Shown here: piece after piece, positions 24,148 through 45,354 of the stretch
How the letters are laid out: every line of letters starts with the position of its first letter
Position numbering within the stretch: position 1 is the stretch's first letter
From: Reclinomonas americana ATCC 50394
Lineage: Eukaryota
DNA length: 56,867 nucleotides
Reading direction: 5' to 3'
Assembly: GCA_048213135.1 (NCBI GenBank)
Contig: PS015534.1
Span: 1-56,867, forward strand
Made by a program: the position numbers and the translations under genes
The notes under the pieces: generated by a model
The model's input: only the letters and a program-made list of their open reading frames with translations
What the model was told of the DNA's origin: nothing
Databases searched by the model: none

Positions 24148-24989
24148 TCACAACTTGGCGTTGAGCAAGTACGTTTCCACACGCATCGTCAAAATCCTGG
24201 CCCAGATGCGCAACAGCACCAGTGGATTGGCCAGCACGCTGTGCACGGGTCCGTAGATCTCGCGCTTCAGCGTCGAATACACCACGCGCTGGTTGCCGAC
24301 CTGCTTGGCGGCGTCCGCGGCCATGGTCATCGCCATGGTCATCAGTGGATCCGGCGCATCGGCAGCGGCTCCGGCGGCCGGCTGCGCCACAGCATCAATG
24401 ATGCCCTTGGCCAGTGCATCAGTCGCGGTCCATCGCTGTGACAGGAGCACCGACGTGCGCATCGTGTTGCCACCCGGCAGCTTGCCCAAGGTGATGGCGC
24501 GGAAGCCCGACGAGAGCGGCATGCCGAGCTTCATCTCCGGGAGGCACAGGAAGCCGCGATCGGAGCGCATGATCCTGTGCGATCGGCAGTGAGTGAAAAC
24601 GGAGAACAACTGCAGTCGGCGAGGCACGCAGGCAGCACCTGTAGTCGCACACGAGAGCCAAGAAGAACCCCGCACCAAATGCGTGGCCATTGATGGCGGC
24701 CACAGTCGGCACACCGAGCGTGAGAATGCGGTCGAGGACGCGATACACTGACGCCACCTGCATGCATGCATGCATGAATGAGACAGATGACGAAAAAGAA
24801 GTGAGAAAAGGCGCAACACACCAACGACGGCATGTTCATCGGGCTCTTCTTGAGGTACCCAGTGTCGAGACCATTGGAGAAGAACTTGTCGCGAGAGGTA
24901 ATGATCAGTGCACGCACTGACTTGTTACTGCATTTTGTTGTCGATCATCATCAGTGTGCATCCATCAAGAAGAGACTCGGCGACCACTG

Positions 24990-25022
<33 letters not shown>

Positions 25023-25202
25023 TGAGACCTCCTCGTCACCTCACCTCTCCACTTGCGTGACAGCGGCATTGAGTGCATTCACGAATGCGGGGTTGAAGAG
25101 GTTGTCATTCTGTGCTCCTGCATGCATGGTCATCACTGCCACACCGCCATCGCGAACTGCGACGGAGATCAGTTCACTGCTCTTGTTGCTGCTCCGGCTC
25201 AT
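24148..25202 (-). CDS. Peroxisomal enoyl-CoA delta isomerase (crotonase family)
   Basis: DNLFNP, KFFSNGLD, PTVAAINGHAFGAG, MRSDRGFLCLPEMKLG; C-terminal PTS1 -AKL*. Confidence 0.9.
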
Positions 25203-25303
25203 CGCGAACACCACACACTCCCACTCGCCAACAAAGAGTTGTCAACTCCGTCCGACAGTCGGGTCCTAAACTTCGCATCAACATGCTTTCACTGTCTCGT
25301 GGC

Positions 25304-27969
25304 TCACACACCCTGCCCCTCGTCCAACCGTTGCGACCATTGACGGTTGGAGGGCGCCGCGGTCACTGGCGACTGCCTGCTTCGTTTCAGCAGCACGAAA
25401 ATCGTCACCAGCACCAAAACCGTCGTGACCAGGCTGCCGCCCATCAGCACCGCCAAGACGACACCGTTGCCGCTCTTGGGCTTGTCTCCGTGATCGTTGT
25501 GATCGCTGTGATTGTCGTCATCGTTGGCGTCGGCGGGCTTCGGGGCGAAAACGATGCGGTCGGTGGGGGGTCGCGCCACCATGCCCATTTTGCTGATGTA
25601 GTCGACCAAGCTGTCGGCCTGCGTGGTGCCAAAGTCGTTGTAGCGCGCGAGCTCTGTCAGCATGGAGAAGCCATCGCCGCCGCGCTGAAGGAAACTGGAA
25701 AACGCCACACTGTACGTTTGGTCGTCGTCGATTTTGGTGCCGTCCAGCAGTGTCGCATTCCACTGCGAAACACGAGTGAGCAGCGTACCCACCCAATCAC
25801 CACCGCTAGAGTAACCATAGACGCACTACTCGGTGACCCACAGGCTGCTGCATGTCGATCCAGTAGCGGAAACCCGATACTTGCAGGAATCCTCCGCCAC
25901 CCACCACCGATGCGCTGCGATGAATGGGAGTGGGAATCAGAACCACGATAGCTCTGCTGCCGTCGACGTCTCATCTCACCTGTGCTCCAACACTTCGTGC
26001 AACTGATCGCCAGTGAGCCACGACTCGACCACTGTGTTGCCGAACGGGAACACCTCGTAGACGGCACCTGTGGGGCGCGCAGCCAGCAGGTGAACGAGGA
26101 GACAAAAATTGCAAAAAAAAAACAGACAGGGTTCACGCAACCGTATGACACGGGGCCAGCATCGATGGAGGCGCGAATGTTGCCACCTGGCGCACGACGC
26201 TACCCCGTGAGGACGAAACTCGACGAAGAGCACATGCGAGTTACAAACCATTGATGAATGCAATCTGCGTCTTGGCTGTCGCTCGCAGAGCATCGGCGGC
26301 GAAACTGCCCAGCGTGCATTCGGCGTTGCGACACTGGCCGCTCAGAGGCACTGGAGTGGATGAAAGCGGCTTTTGCAACAGATCGTAGACGCTCATCGTA
26401 AAGGCTGCGTCGCTCCACCACCGTGAGCGACTGTCGTTGCAGCAGCAGCAGCAGCAGTATACTTGACGCAACGATTCAACAGCTCGTCAATGGCCGGGTT
26501 CGACGGCACATCGAGTTTCATCATCGTGGTGGCACCGGAACATTGCAGCACGTCACCATGCGTGTCGAACACCAACTGTGCAAACCGTGTCAGCGCGCGA
26601 CTGCATCAGCGAACGACGACTACTGCGGCACGGGGGAGAACCATCAGTGAGCCGAGATATTCGTCCCAGCACTTGGCCTGCACGACACACACGAGACGGC
26701 CCTCGGCATCCTCGACGACGGTCGGGTACTGATTTGGAGGCAAGTACGTGTGGGTCTGTGTGCACACCGCATAAATCACTCCGTGAGAGATCTGCAGAAA
26801 AAGGCGAGCATAGTTTTGGCAGCACAACCCAACATGCCCGCCAATGATGGCATCCACTCCGCGCAGCTTTGACGCCAGCTCCAAATCCTCGCCGTAGCCG
26901 AGATGGCTGAGCAGAATCACCTGCGCGCCGCTCACCATATAAGGCACGTAGGCACATCCCCTTTCACACTCGGCTCTCTCCATTGCAAACCTTGTCCACG
27001 TTCTCGTTGGAGAGAGCATCGACGGCGGCCTGCACTGGTTCGCGCGCATCGACAAATCTCGACTGCGGACTGGCGGCGGCAGTGTACGCCGTCGATGGTG
27101 TGATGGCACCCTGCAGTGGTGCATTTTTTCGTGACGAACTGCTTTGTGATGCAACACACCACATCGCAGAAACCGAACCACAATGCCCACACGATGGCCT
27201 GACGGCATCGTACGAATCGTGTACGGCTGGATGCGTGTGAAACTCTTGTGCAGCGGGTCCTCCGACATGTCGAGATTGGCCACCAGCACATCGACAGCGG
27301 GATTGAGTGCGTCCATGTACTGCGCCAGTCCCGCAGAGCCGCGATCAAACTCATGATTGCTGTGCGAGACACACGCGTGAGACAACTGCACCGCACCTCT
27401 TGTCTCTCTCTCTTCACAAACACACCCCAGCGTGATGGCGTCGTATCCCACAGCGTTGATCATGGTGGCCGCCAGCTGTTCCAACACCCAGATGAGTGAC
27501 CGAGTAGTCGCTCAAGCAAGCACAGGGCAGAACACAACTGATGGTCCATGAATGGTGAAGAAGAGCGAGCCTTGAAACTCATCGCCAGCATACACCCACA
27601 GCGCATCCACACCAGCAGCTATATCGGCCTCTCTCCGACGGTGCAACTCCGCCATTGCACGCGCAATGCCACCGCGGCATGGACTCAGCGGCATTGCGAG
27701 ATCTGTGGGATTGCGTAAATGACGACTTATGCAATGCACTGTCTCTCTCACACGCAGTCTCTCCCCCTCCGTTTGTTTCACTTGCCTGCAGGGAGACAGG
27801 TGATGCCCGAGGCCTTGAACGGCAAGTAATGTGCATGCACATCGTTGAGATGATAGATTTGCAGCTCATACGTCAGATCACCGTCGTCTCCTTCGTTCTG
27901 TGCATGTGCGATGGAGAGGCAGGCGACGAGAAGAAGCACTGCGAACAGTGCAGCCACACTGCGGCTCAT
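25304..27969 (-). CDS. Membrane-anchored ecto-5'-nucleotidase (UshA/CD73 family), multi-exon
   Basis: Signal peptide; HLNDVH, AGDEFQG, LGNHEFD, LSHLG, GGH|TH, FPFGN, GGDGF motifs; C-terminal TM VVLAVLMGGSLVTTVLVLVTIFVLL. Confidence 0.92.
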
Positions 27970-28311
27970 GATCGTCCGAGGAAGACAGAAGAGTGTGTGC
28001 GTCGTCCGGATCGCGAGGGACAACTGCGAGACTGTGCCGTGCTTCGCGCGTCTCTTCGTATATGCTCGCTAGCAGACGGGGGCTGAACGAAGCTCCGTCA
28101 CTGTCGCTGATCTTCTGTCGTTCTCAGATTGTCGACATCGACGTCGACGTACGCTTCAGATCCTTGCCAGCACCGATCCGCATCGCCTTGGCGGTGGTGG
28201 AACACGTGCCTCAACTACAGTACAAGAGTGTACACGGTGTTCTCGCGCCTGCAGCCGTGCAGAAGACCGCCAGCAATCGTCGTGTCCTGTGCACCGTTTC
28301 AGCAGTCATCA

Positions 28312-29185
28312 ATGTCGTTTGCCGACGAGTTCCCCGCGCTGAACCTCGTTCTGTCACGCAAGCGCGTTAGTGCTGCTGCGTCACCATCAGCACCACCACG
28401 GAGCCGCTCAGAGAAGAGTCGACGTCGACGCGTGGTGGCGCTCGTCGATCCCACCGCCGACAAGGAGAACATCGAGCACACCCGTGCTGTTGCCATTGTC
28501 TGCGAACAACCACCACCACCACCACAGCAACAACAACAGCAGCCATTGTCGCGCAACGGAAAGACAGCAGAGGAGGTGCAAGAGGAACAGTACAAGGCGG
28601 CAGTGACAGTTGCGCGCGAAAGCGATCCACGCCTACGCCTCCCGTCTTCTTCTGCTCTCCTTTGCTCACCTGGCGCATGAGAGAAAACAGCTCCAACAAT
28701 GGTGGCTCCGCGTTCTCTTTCGTCGCCACTTGCGTCGCCGTCGCGAGGAGCGGCTGCGACTGGAACGCGCGCAACAAGCACAACGACAACGCGATCGTTT
28801 CATGCGCATTGTGCGCGTGGTGCGCCTCGGCTTGCTGCGAGTGCTGCTGCTCGATCGATGGCGAGCGTTTGTCGAGCACAAGAAGCGATTGCGACGCTTG
28901 TGGCTTGTGCGCGACTTGTCGTGGATCGACAATGACGATGACGATGACGATGACTGTGGCCGCAGGTTCGTTGTGCGGCCACCGCCACCCTTCAATGCGG
29001 TAAAGGCGGCACGTGAGGGCGGGCGGGTGCGACTGGCGTTCCTGTACCATCGATGGTGAGTGCCTCCCCTCGTGAGCCGCACAAACACACCTCGCCTAAC
29101 GTGTGTCACGATGATGTGTCGCAGGCATGTGCTGTCGACGTTTTTCGTGCGCTGGAAGTCGCGTGCCGTGGAACCGTATCCATGA
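28312..29185 (+). CDS. Hypothetical basic helical protein with IQ-like and Sfi1-like (centrin-binding-type) segments, 3 exons
   Basis: KEN box DKENI; AAVT|LQQWWLRVLFRR; LRVLLLDRWRAF; LSTFFVRWK; stop TGA at 29183-29185. Confidence 0.55.
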
Positions 29186-29218
29186 GGTCTACACCGACTG
29201 TTTTCATTTGCTTTTCCA

Positions 29219-38443
<9,225 letters not shown>

Positions 38444-38509
38444 CGCGCACACACAGAGAGAGGCAAAGAAGAGTGAATTTTCTTTGTGTTTCTTCTTCTT
38501 TCTTTGTGA

Positions 38510-38656
38510 ATGTTTCGTCCACGTGTGCCCACTCGAGAGGATACGGATAAGGCGCTGAAGGAGGTGGCCAGGCGAGGCACCTTTGTCGAGGTGGAGGCGG
38601 CGGAGGTGCCAGGCGCAGTGCGTGCAACAAAAGGTGTGAAACACACACACACACAA

Positions 38657-38749
<93 letters not shown>

Positions 38750-40178
38750 GACAGAGAGAGAGACTGAGAGGTACACCAGAGACAAGAGGAATGCAGACGG
38801 ACTGGGAGACAGACACACACACACAGAGAGAGAGAAAGGAATCGATGCAAAGAACGCTGCTGACCTCTTCTCCCTCGCCTCTCCTCGCCTCCCCCTCTCT
38901 CCCTGTCTCTCAGGTGGGGCGACTGCAGACCGAGCGATTGCCGAGTCGTTGCGACGAGAGGGCGCAGCGCGACACTCGCGTGCGGGCATGCATCCCGACA
39001 CAATGGAGTCTCTGCAGCTGCGCGCCTTTGAGGACCTGTTCATGTATGCAGGCGCCTATGCCGAGTACCGCTCGGTGGTGTTTGTGCAGTCCGATGAGGA
39101 TGTCGAGCCGGGAGTGGTGCGCTCTTCACTCAACTCCTTCTGTCTCTTTCTCACTGGGCGCTCACATTGTGCACAGCTGCGACTGCACCCGCTGGTGATG
39201 CGCTCGTTGCACGTGCACTCGGGCGATCGCGTAAAGATCGAGCGGTGTCGCGACATTGACGGTGGCGAGGGCGTGGCCATGCAGCTGGTGCGCTCGGAGA
39301 CGTCGCTGGAGGTGCCGTCGCCGTTGGAGCCGCAGGCGCGACGGCGGTTTGGGAAGCGCCTGTTTAACGAGTTTCTGCTGCCGTACTTTGCGCGACTGTG
39401 TCTGCCGGTGCACACGGGCGATCACCTCATCATCCCGTCGGCGGTCAATGCCGACGAGTCGGTTGAGCTGCGGGTGATTGGCACGGTGCCGTCGCCGTTT
39501 TGCTACCTGGCGCCGTACACGCAGCTGACGGTGCAGGCGCCGCCGGTGCCCAAGGCGCTGCGCATGAAGCTCGGTCCGCGGTACTACGCCAAGTCGCCAG
39601 AGGAGGCCGCCGTGCTGCTGCGCAAGGCCAAGTATGTGGACGAGCCGAAGGACGCCAGAAGGGAGAGGGCGAAGCAGCAGCAGCAGCAGAAGAAGAAGAG
39701 GACGAGTGAGAGCGGCACGGGCGGGGAGTCGTCAGCAGCGGCGGGGGGTGAGGACGACGGCGAGGAGGAGATGGGAGAAGAAGAGAATGAGGATGATGAG
39801 GAGGAGGAGGAGGATGAGGAACTGTACAGCGGCGAGAACCCACCGACCAAGGAGGACCTGGCGCGCGTGATGCGCTTGATCGACAAGCCCACGCCCGAAG
39901 GCAGCCAGAAGCCGACTCCCGGCTCTCCGCCGCCACCCAACACCCGCGACTACCACGAGCACATGACGACATCGTTCCGGCCGTGCGATGTCATCTTCTC
40001 GGAGCCGCTGTACGAGGACGCCGACAAAGACTCGTTTGTGCCGCACGACATGCGTCGGAAGCGACTGACGTCGTCGCGCAACGCCCTCATCTTTGGCACG
40101 GTGATCATGGCCGCCTTTGTGCTCTACTTTGGCTACCAGCTCTACCAGATGGGCTTTGATGCGCTGAGTTTCTCGTAG
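38510..40178 (+). CDS. Stand-alone CDC48/p97 N-domain protein with acidic linker and C-terminal transmembrane anchor; no AAA domain
   Basis: VVFVQSDEDVEPGV|LRLHPLVMRSLHVHSGDRVKIERCRD...LFNEFLLPYFARLCLPVHTGDHL...VELRVIGTVPSPFCYLAPYT aligns by eye with the p97 N-domain. Ends ALIFGTVIMAAFVLYFGYQLYQMGFDALSFS*. Confidence 0.8.
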
Positions 40179-40246
40179 TCGGCCCCACATGTCAGTGAAG
40201 ACGGAGAAGAAACGCACAGTCCTTGTGTCCTCTCTTTGTTGAAGAA

Positions 40247-41939
40247 ATGCATGAGGAGCGGAGTGACGAAGACAGCTCCCTGCCTCCCACCGACAGTGGC
40301 ATCGAGCTGGCCACACTGCTCGACGATGAGGAGTCGTCCAGTTCCACTGCAGGTGGCCTATTATTCGTCTTCGTACCTCATTCTCCTCTGTCATCATCGC
40401 TCATCTCCCACAGCAGTCGTCACCTCGGAGCACGTGCCCACTGCGCAGCCCGTGGAGCACGACCCTCCTGGCCGATGGTGGCAACTCTCGCTGCAGTGCC
40501 TCACCGTGGCACTGGCCTACGCCACCTGGTTCTCCGCCAGTGCCGTCCTCCCACAACTGGTGCACCTGTTCGCCCTTAGTGCACCTCTCACTGCGCTCCT
40601 GTCGGTCTCGGTGCAAGTGGGATTCACTGTGGGTGCCTTCCTCTCGGCGCTCGTCACGCTGTCGGACCTGGTGAAGCCTCGGCGACTGGCCTTGTGGGGA
40701 TCACTGTTGTCGGCACTTTGCAATGCAGCTGTGCTGCTGGACGGTGTGCCGTTTGCGGCCGTGGTTGCCGCACGTTTTGGTGCCGGCTTCTTCCTCGCTG
40801 CGGTGTACCCGCCGGGCGTGAAGCACATCGCCACCTGGTGGCGACATGGGCGCGGTCTGGCCGTCGGCTGCTATGTCGGCGCCCTCGCCGTGGGCAGCGC
40901 ACTGCCGTCGCTCTCGTCGGCCGTGCTGCCTGCCGACTACGCATCCGTCACACTGGTCAGCTCCGTGCTGAGTGCGGTGGGTGGCTTGCTGGCCATCCTG
41001 TGGCGTGACGGCCCGTATCCCTTCCCCACCGCCAAGTTCCGACTTCGCCAAGTGCCCGACACGCTGGCCTCGCTCCCGCTGCTGCTCGTCGCCGCCAGTT
41101 ACACCGGCCACACGTGGGAGCTGTATGGCGCCTGGTCATGGTTCAAGTCCTTCATGAACAACGCCCTTTCCGTGCGAGGCCAAGACCCCGTGACGGCCGC
41201 TCGATCGGCGTCGCTCATCAATTTTGTGTTTGTCGGCAGGTGCGACAAGTGGAGACTCATGTGCGCGCCAGCTCGATTTTCCTCACTCTGTCATAACAGT
41301 GGTGTTATTGGTTGCGTCGCTGGCGGCCGGTTGAGTGACAAGTACGGGCGCACGCTGGTGACCCTGGTCACGGTGTGCATCAGCGGAGCTTGCTCGGTGC
41401 TGGTCGGTTTGCTGGACATGGCGGCCTGCCCCGTGTGGGTTCTCGTTTGTGTGGCTATTGTGTGGGGTTGCGTTGCTTCTTGTTGTTGTGCTCGACCGCT
41501 TGCTGTTGTGGAGGAGCTTATCTCCCATCCTTCAGGCATCACCATTATCGCTGACTCGGCGCTGTACACGTTTCGTGTTTCGTTTGCAAGTGCTGTTTTT
41601 ACCGATCCCAGCTGCTTCTCACTCCCGTCTTGCCCGCACAGCTCCATGGCCACTGAACTGGCCGACCAGGTGTGCAGATCGGGAAAAGTGAATGCGTGAG
41701 TGTTCGTGTTTGCTCACTCCCCCGTGCAGTCCTACGTCGGCACCGCCGTGTCGTTGCAAATGGTGCTTGGCTTCCTGCTGGCTACACCGGCGGTGCTGTC
41801 AGTGCCGCTGGCGCAGCCGAGCCTCGGATGGGACGCCGTGTTCACGTTGCTGACGCCGGGCGCGGTGATCGGCATTATCGGCATGCTCTGGTTGCGCCGA
41901 CTGCCGGACGCCAAGCGCATCGCACACGGCAAGATGTGA
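40247..41939 (+). CDS. Major facilitator superfamily transporter of a bacterial-type subfamily
   Basis: WFSASAV, VQVGF, VYPPGVKHIATW..GRG, YTGHTWELY, GRLSDKYGR, IADSA, YVGTAVSLQ; about 12 TM segments; 5 introns. Confidence 0.9.
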
Positions 41940-41982
41940 CACAAAAAAAAAAGGTGCGGGCGTACAGCTAACAAACAGTTTA

Positions 41983-43074
41983 TCAATTCTGCAGCGTTCT
42001 CATCACAATGTGGTAGAAGCCGAGCTCGTGGTTGGTTCGAATCGAATTCACACGGTAGATCTTGTGCGTGCCGCCGAGAAAGTCGTGCGTGCGAACCTGC
42101 ACGCGCGGCGTTCAGCACAGCCACTAGCAATCGTTGCCACACACGCACGTACGTACCTTGATGGACAGCGTGTAGTCGCGCACTGGTCCCGGCATGCCCT
42201 TGCCGCGCACCAGCAAGTCGTAAAACGCCAGATAATAAACAATGGACTGCGCCACAGCGCCACGAATCACCAGTCGCCCTGTGACTCCAAGCTGCGTGGC
42301 AAACACCACCGACAGCACCCGTGCACTGTGCTGATCCCAGTGGACGTCTTGCGCACGACGCGCCTGTCACGTGCACCATGAGCACGAGGGAGACACAGAG
42401 AGAGACAAGACAAGCCCAACCTCGGCGGCCAGCAGCACAGTGCGAATGTACCGGAACGCCAGTGGTGTCTTGGGATCGTCTTGCGACACGTCGAGAGTCA
42501 CTGCCGACACGCCCTCACTCGCCTCCTTCTTGGCCACTGTTGACGATCCTGCTCCTCCTCCTGCCCGCTCCTTGCCCTCCGCCCCACCCTCCTGCTCCTC
42601 ACCGGCCTCCTCGCCCTGCTGCACATCGTACAGAATGCGAACCCGCTGCCGCCTTCTCAGACGCGACTCTGCACCCGCCCTCGCACTCTCCTCCACAAAG
42701 CTCGGCACGATCACGTACGGCATGAAGAGCAGCTTCTCGTACTCTACATCGCTCACTCGTTTGCGCTCGCCCAGCTCGTCTGCAGGCGACTGAGTGTGTG
42801 AGGGGAGAGAGAGAGACAACTCTGCAGATGACTTGCCTTGCTCTTGCAGCATGCGGATCTCTTCTGCGCGTCGCACCAGTACGTCCAGCTCGTCCTCTGC
42901 AGCCGGTGCATTGCCAGTGGTGGTGGAGGTGGAGGTGCTGGCAGCAGTGGCGGGAGTGAAGATGTGCGAGAGGAGAACGCGAACGCGCTTCTGTGAATGT
43001 GTGGCGGGAGGTGAGTGTGGCGATGAGAGGGAGAGGAAGTGATGGAGGCGAACCACTGTGCTGGAGCTCAGCAT
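41983..43074 (-). CDS. Hypothetical protein with a PTS2-like N-terminal motif, multi-exon
   Basis: MLSSSTV|KRVRVLLSHI...; the spliced frame ends VRTHDFLGGTHKIYRVNSIRTNHELGFYHIVMRTLQN*. Confidence 0.6.
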
Positions 43075-43176
43075 GCACGGTACATGCTGAACACAAATAC
43101 AGGACGTGCATGACATTTCCTTTTTCATTGACTTCTCCTCCCTTGGCCTCTTTTCTCTCTCTCTGGACGGGTGGCC

Positions 43177-45135
43177 TCATTTCAGTGGCTTGAGACCCAG
43201 CGAGATGCGCAGCTTGTTTGTCTCCTCGATCGACATCGACACCTCCTTGCCGCTTCCGCCACCACCGCCGCCACCACCACCGCCGCCACTGCCGCTGGCA
43301 CCGCTCTTTTGCTTCTTGGTGCCGGCGTAGCCGCCTGGCGGACTCGGACTGCGTTCGCGCTTGCGTCGCTCCCTGTCCCTGTCCCTATCTCTATCACGAT
43401 CACGATCACGGTCGCGGTCGCGGTCCCTGTCTCGGTCGCGGTCTCTGTCACGGTCCCCGTGGCGATCGCGGTCGCGGTCGCGGTCCCTGTCTCGATCTCT
43501 GTCGCGATCGCGGTCACGATCCCTGTCGCGGTGTCGATCTGGCGAGCGCGACCTGCATGCAGCACAAACCGCATGCGTGGGTTATTCGTGCTGTCAAGCA
43601 AACGACAGCAGCGCTGACTCACCGTCGTCTCGGCGACCGACTGCCGTCGCGGTGTCGCCGGTGCCGGTCGCGTCGATCGTCCTCGCCGTCGGAGCGCGAG
43701 GGTGAACGTGAGTGCCGTCTCTTCTCTGCGGCCGGTGACAAGCAATGAGCACACATTTTCACGCCTCTTGACGTACAGAAGGCAACCAACCAACCTCGAC
43801 GTGGTGAAGGCATCCACTTTTCGCGCCGACGCGGCTCTTTCCGCTCTTCCTCGCTGCCTTCCTCCGCCTCACCATCCTCTCCTCCTCCTCCTCCACCTCC
43901 ACGACGTCTGCGCGCCGCACCATCATCATCGTCGTCTTCGTCATTGTCGTCGAATCGTCGCGGCGCAGTGCGTCGCTCTCGCCCACCCGACGCCTCATCT
44001 TCGCGGTCCATCTCCTCCAGAATCTCGTCGGTCAGCAGACTCTGACGCGGCTCCAGGCCGCCGGCCTCTTGCACCACAGAGCGTTTCGGCAGGAACGGCA
44101 ACGAAATGTCCATGGCGTAGTCGGTGGTGAGAATCTCGTCCACGAACTCGTCCATGTGGATCACCTCGTACTCTGACGGAGGAAAAGGGGAAAGGGAAGA
44201 GGAAGGGTGAGGGGAAGAGGAAGGGTGAGGGGAAGAAGAAGGGTGAGGGGAAGGGGACAAGGAGAGAAGCAAGAAGGAAACGATCATGAGGAAAAGAACA
44301 AGAAGAAAAGAAAGAAGAAGAAGAAGAACAACAACAACAACAAGAAGAAGAAGAAGAAGAAGAAGAAGAGGAAGAGGAAGAGGAAGAGGAAGGGTGAGGG
44401 GAAGAAGAAAACAGTTGGGAGAAAAAGAAAAGAAGAAGAAAGAACAACGAGAAGAAGAAGAACAGGAAGGATGAAGAGAGTGAAAGGAAGAAAGAACAAC
44501 AACAACAACAACAAGAAGAAGAGGAAGGGTGGGAGAGAGAAGACAAGGAAGAGGCCACTCCCATTCACAACGCCATCCCTCTTCTCTCTCTCTCTCTCTC
44601 CCTCTCCCTCTCCCTCTCCCTCTCCCTCTCCCTCTCCCTCTCTCTTCTCCGCAACTGCCATCGGCCTTTTTCCTCCGAATCTTGCGATAGTCGGCGTACA
44701 GTGGCTCCAAATACCCGTAAATGTCGGTGGGTCGGCCCACCAGGCGCATGTAGAACGCGCCGAGGGCACGCACGTACTTGTAATCGTCGTTGTGAATGAA
44801 CTCAATCACAATCTCCTTCTCCGGCTGAATCTGCAACATCTTCAACACCAAGCACAGGAACTTGGAGGGTTTGCGGGCGCCGCCGTACGTGCCGCCCACG
44901 TGATCCAAGTCCATGGCCTTGTCGACCAGCGTGTCGGCTGTGTTCCCGAGAGTGAGCGAATGAAGGGGGAGGCAAAGAGAGGAGCAGCGAGTGAGCGCAC
45001 CCGACAAGCCAAAGCAGTGTTCCTGGGAGGAGGAGAAGAAGGGGTGCGATGAGCGCGCCACGAATGGACGTGCTGTGGTGGCGAGTGAAGCAACTGTACC
45101 TTCCAGTACCATGAGGCGTAGATCTTTTGCCGCAC
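43177..45135 (-). CDS. PRP38: Pre-mRNA splicing factor PRP38 with RS/RD tail and C-terminal HIND; first exon(s) in a gap
   Basis: [28 protein letters not shown]...[15 protein letters not shown]...[13 protein letters not shown]...[10 protein letters not shown]...HMDEFVD; C-terminus [19 protein letters not shown]. Confidence 0.95.
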
Positions 45136-45316
45136 CTGTTGAGATGGAAGAGGAGGGTGAGAGGGTGGAGAAGAGAAGGAGAAGGAGAAAGAGAGAGAGA
45201 GAAGAGTGTGGAGAATGAGTGAGAGAGAGAGAGAGAAGACGAGCATGAGACGGAGAGCGAGAAGGAGAGTGAGATAGTGAGCGGTGGAGAAGTAGAGAAA
45301 GCAAAGGGAGAGAGAG

Positions 45317-45354
<38 letters not shown>

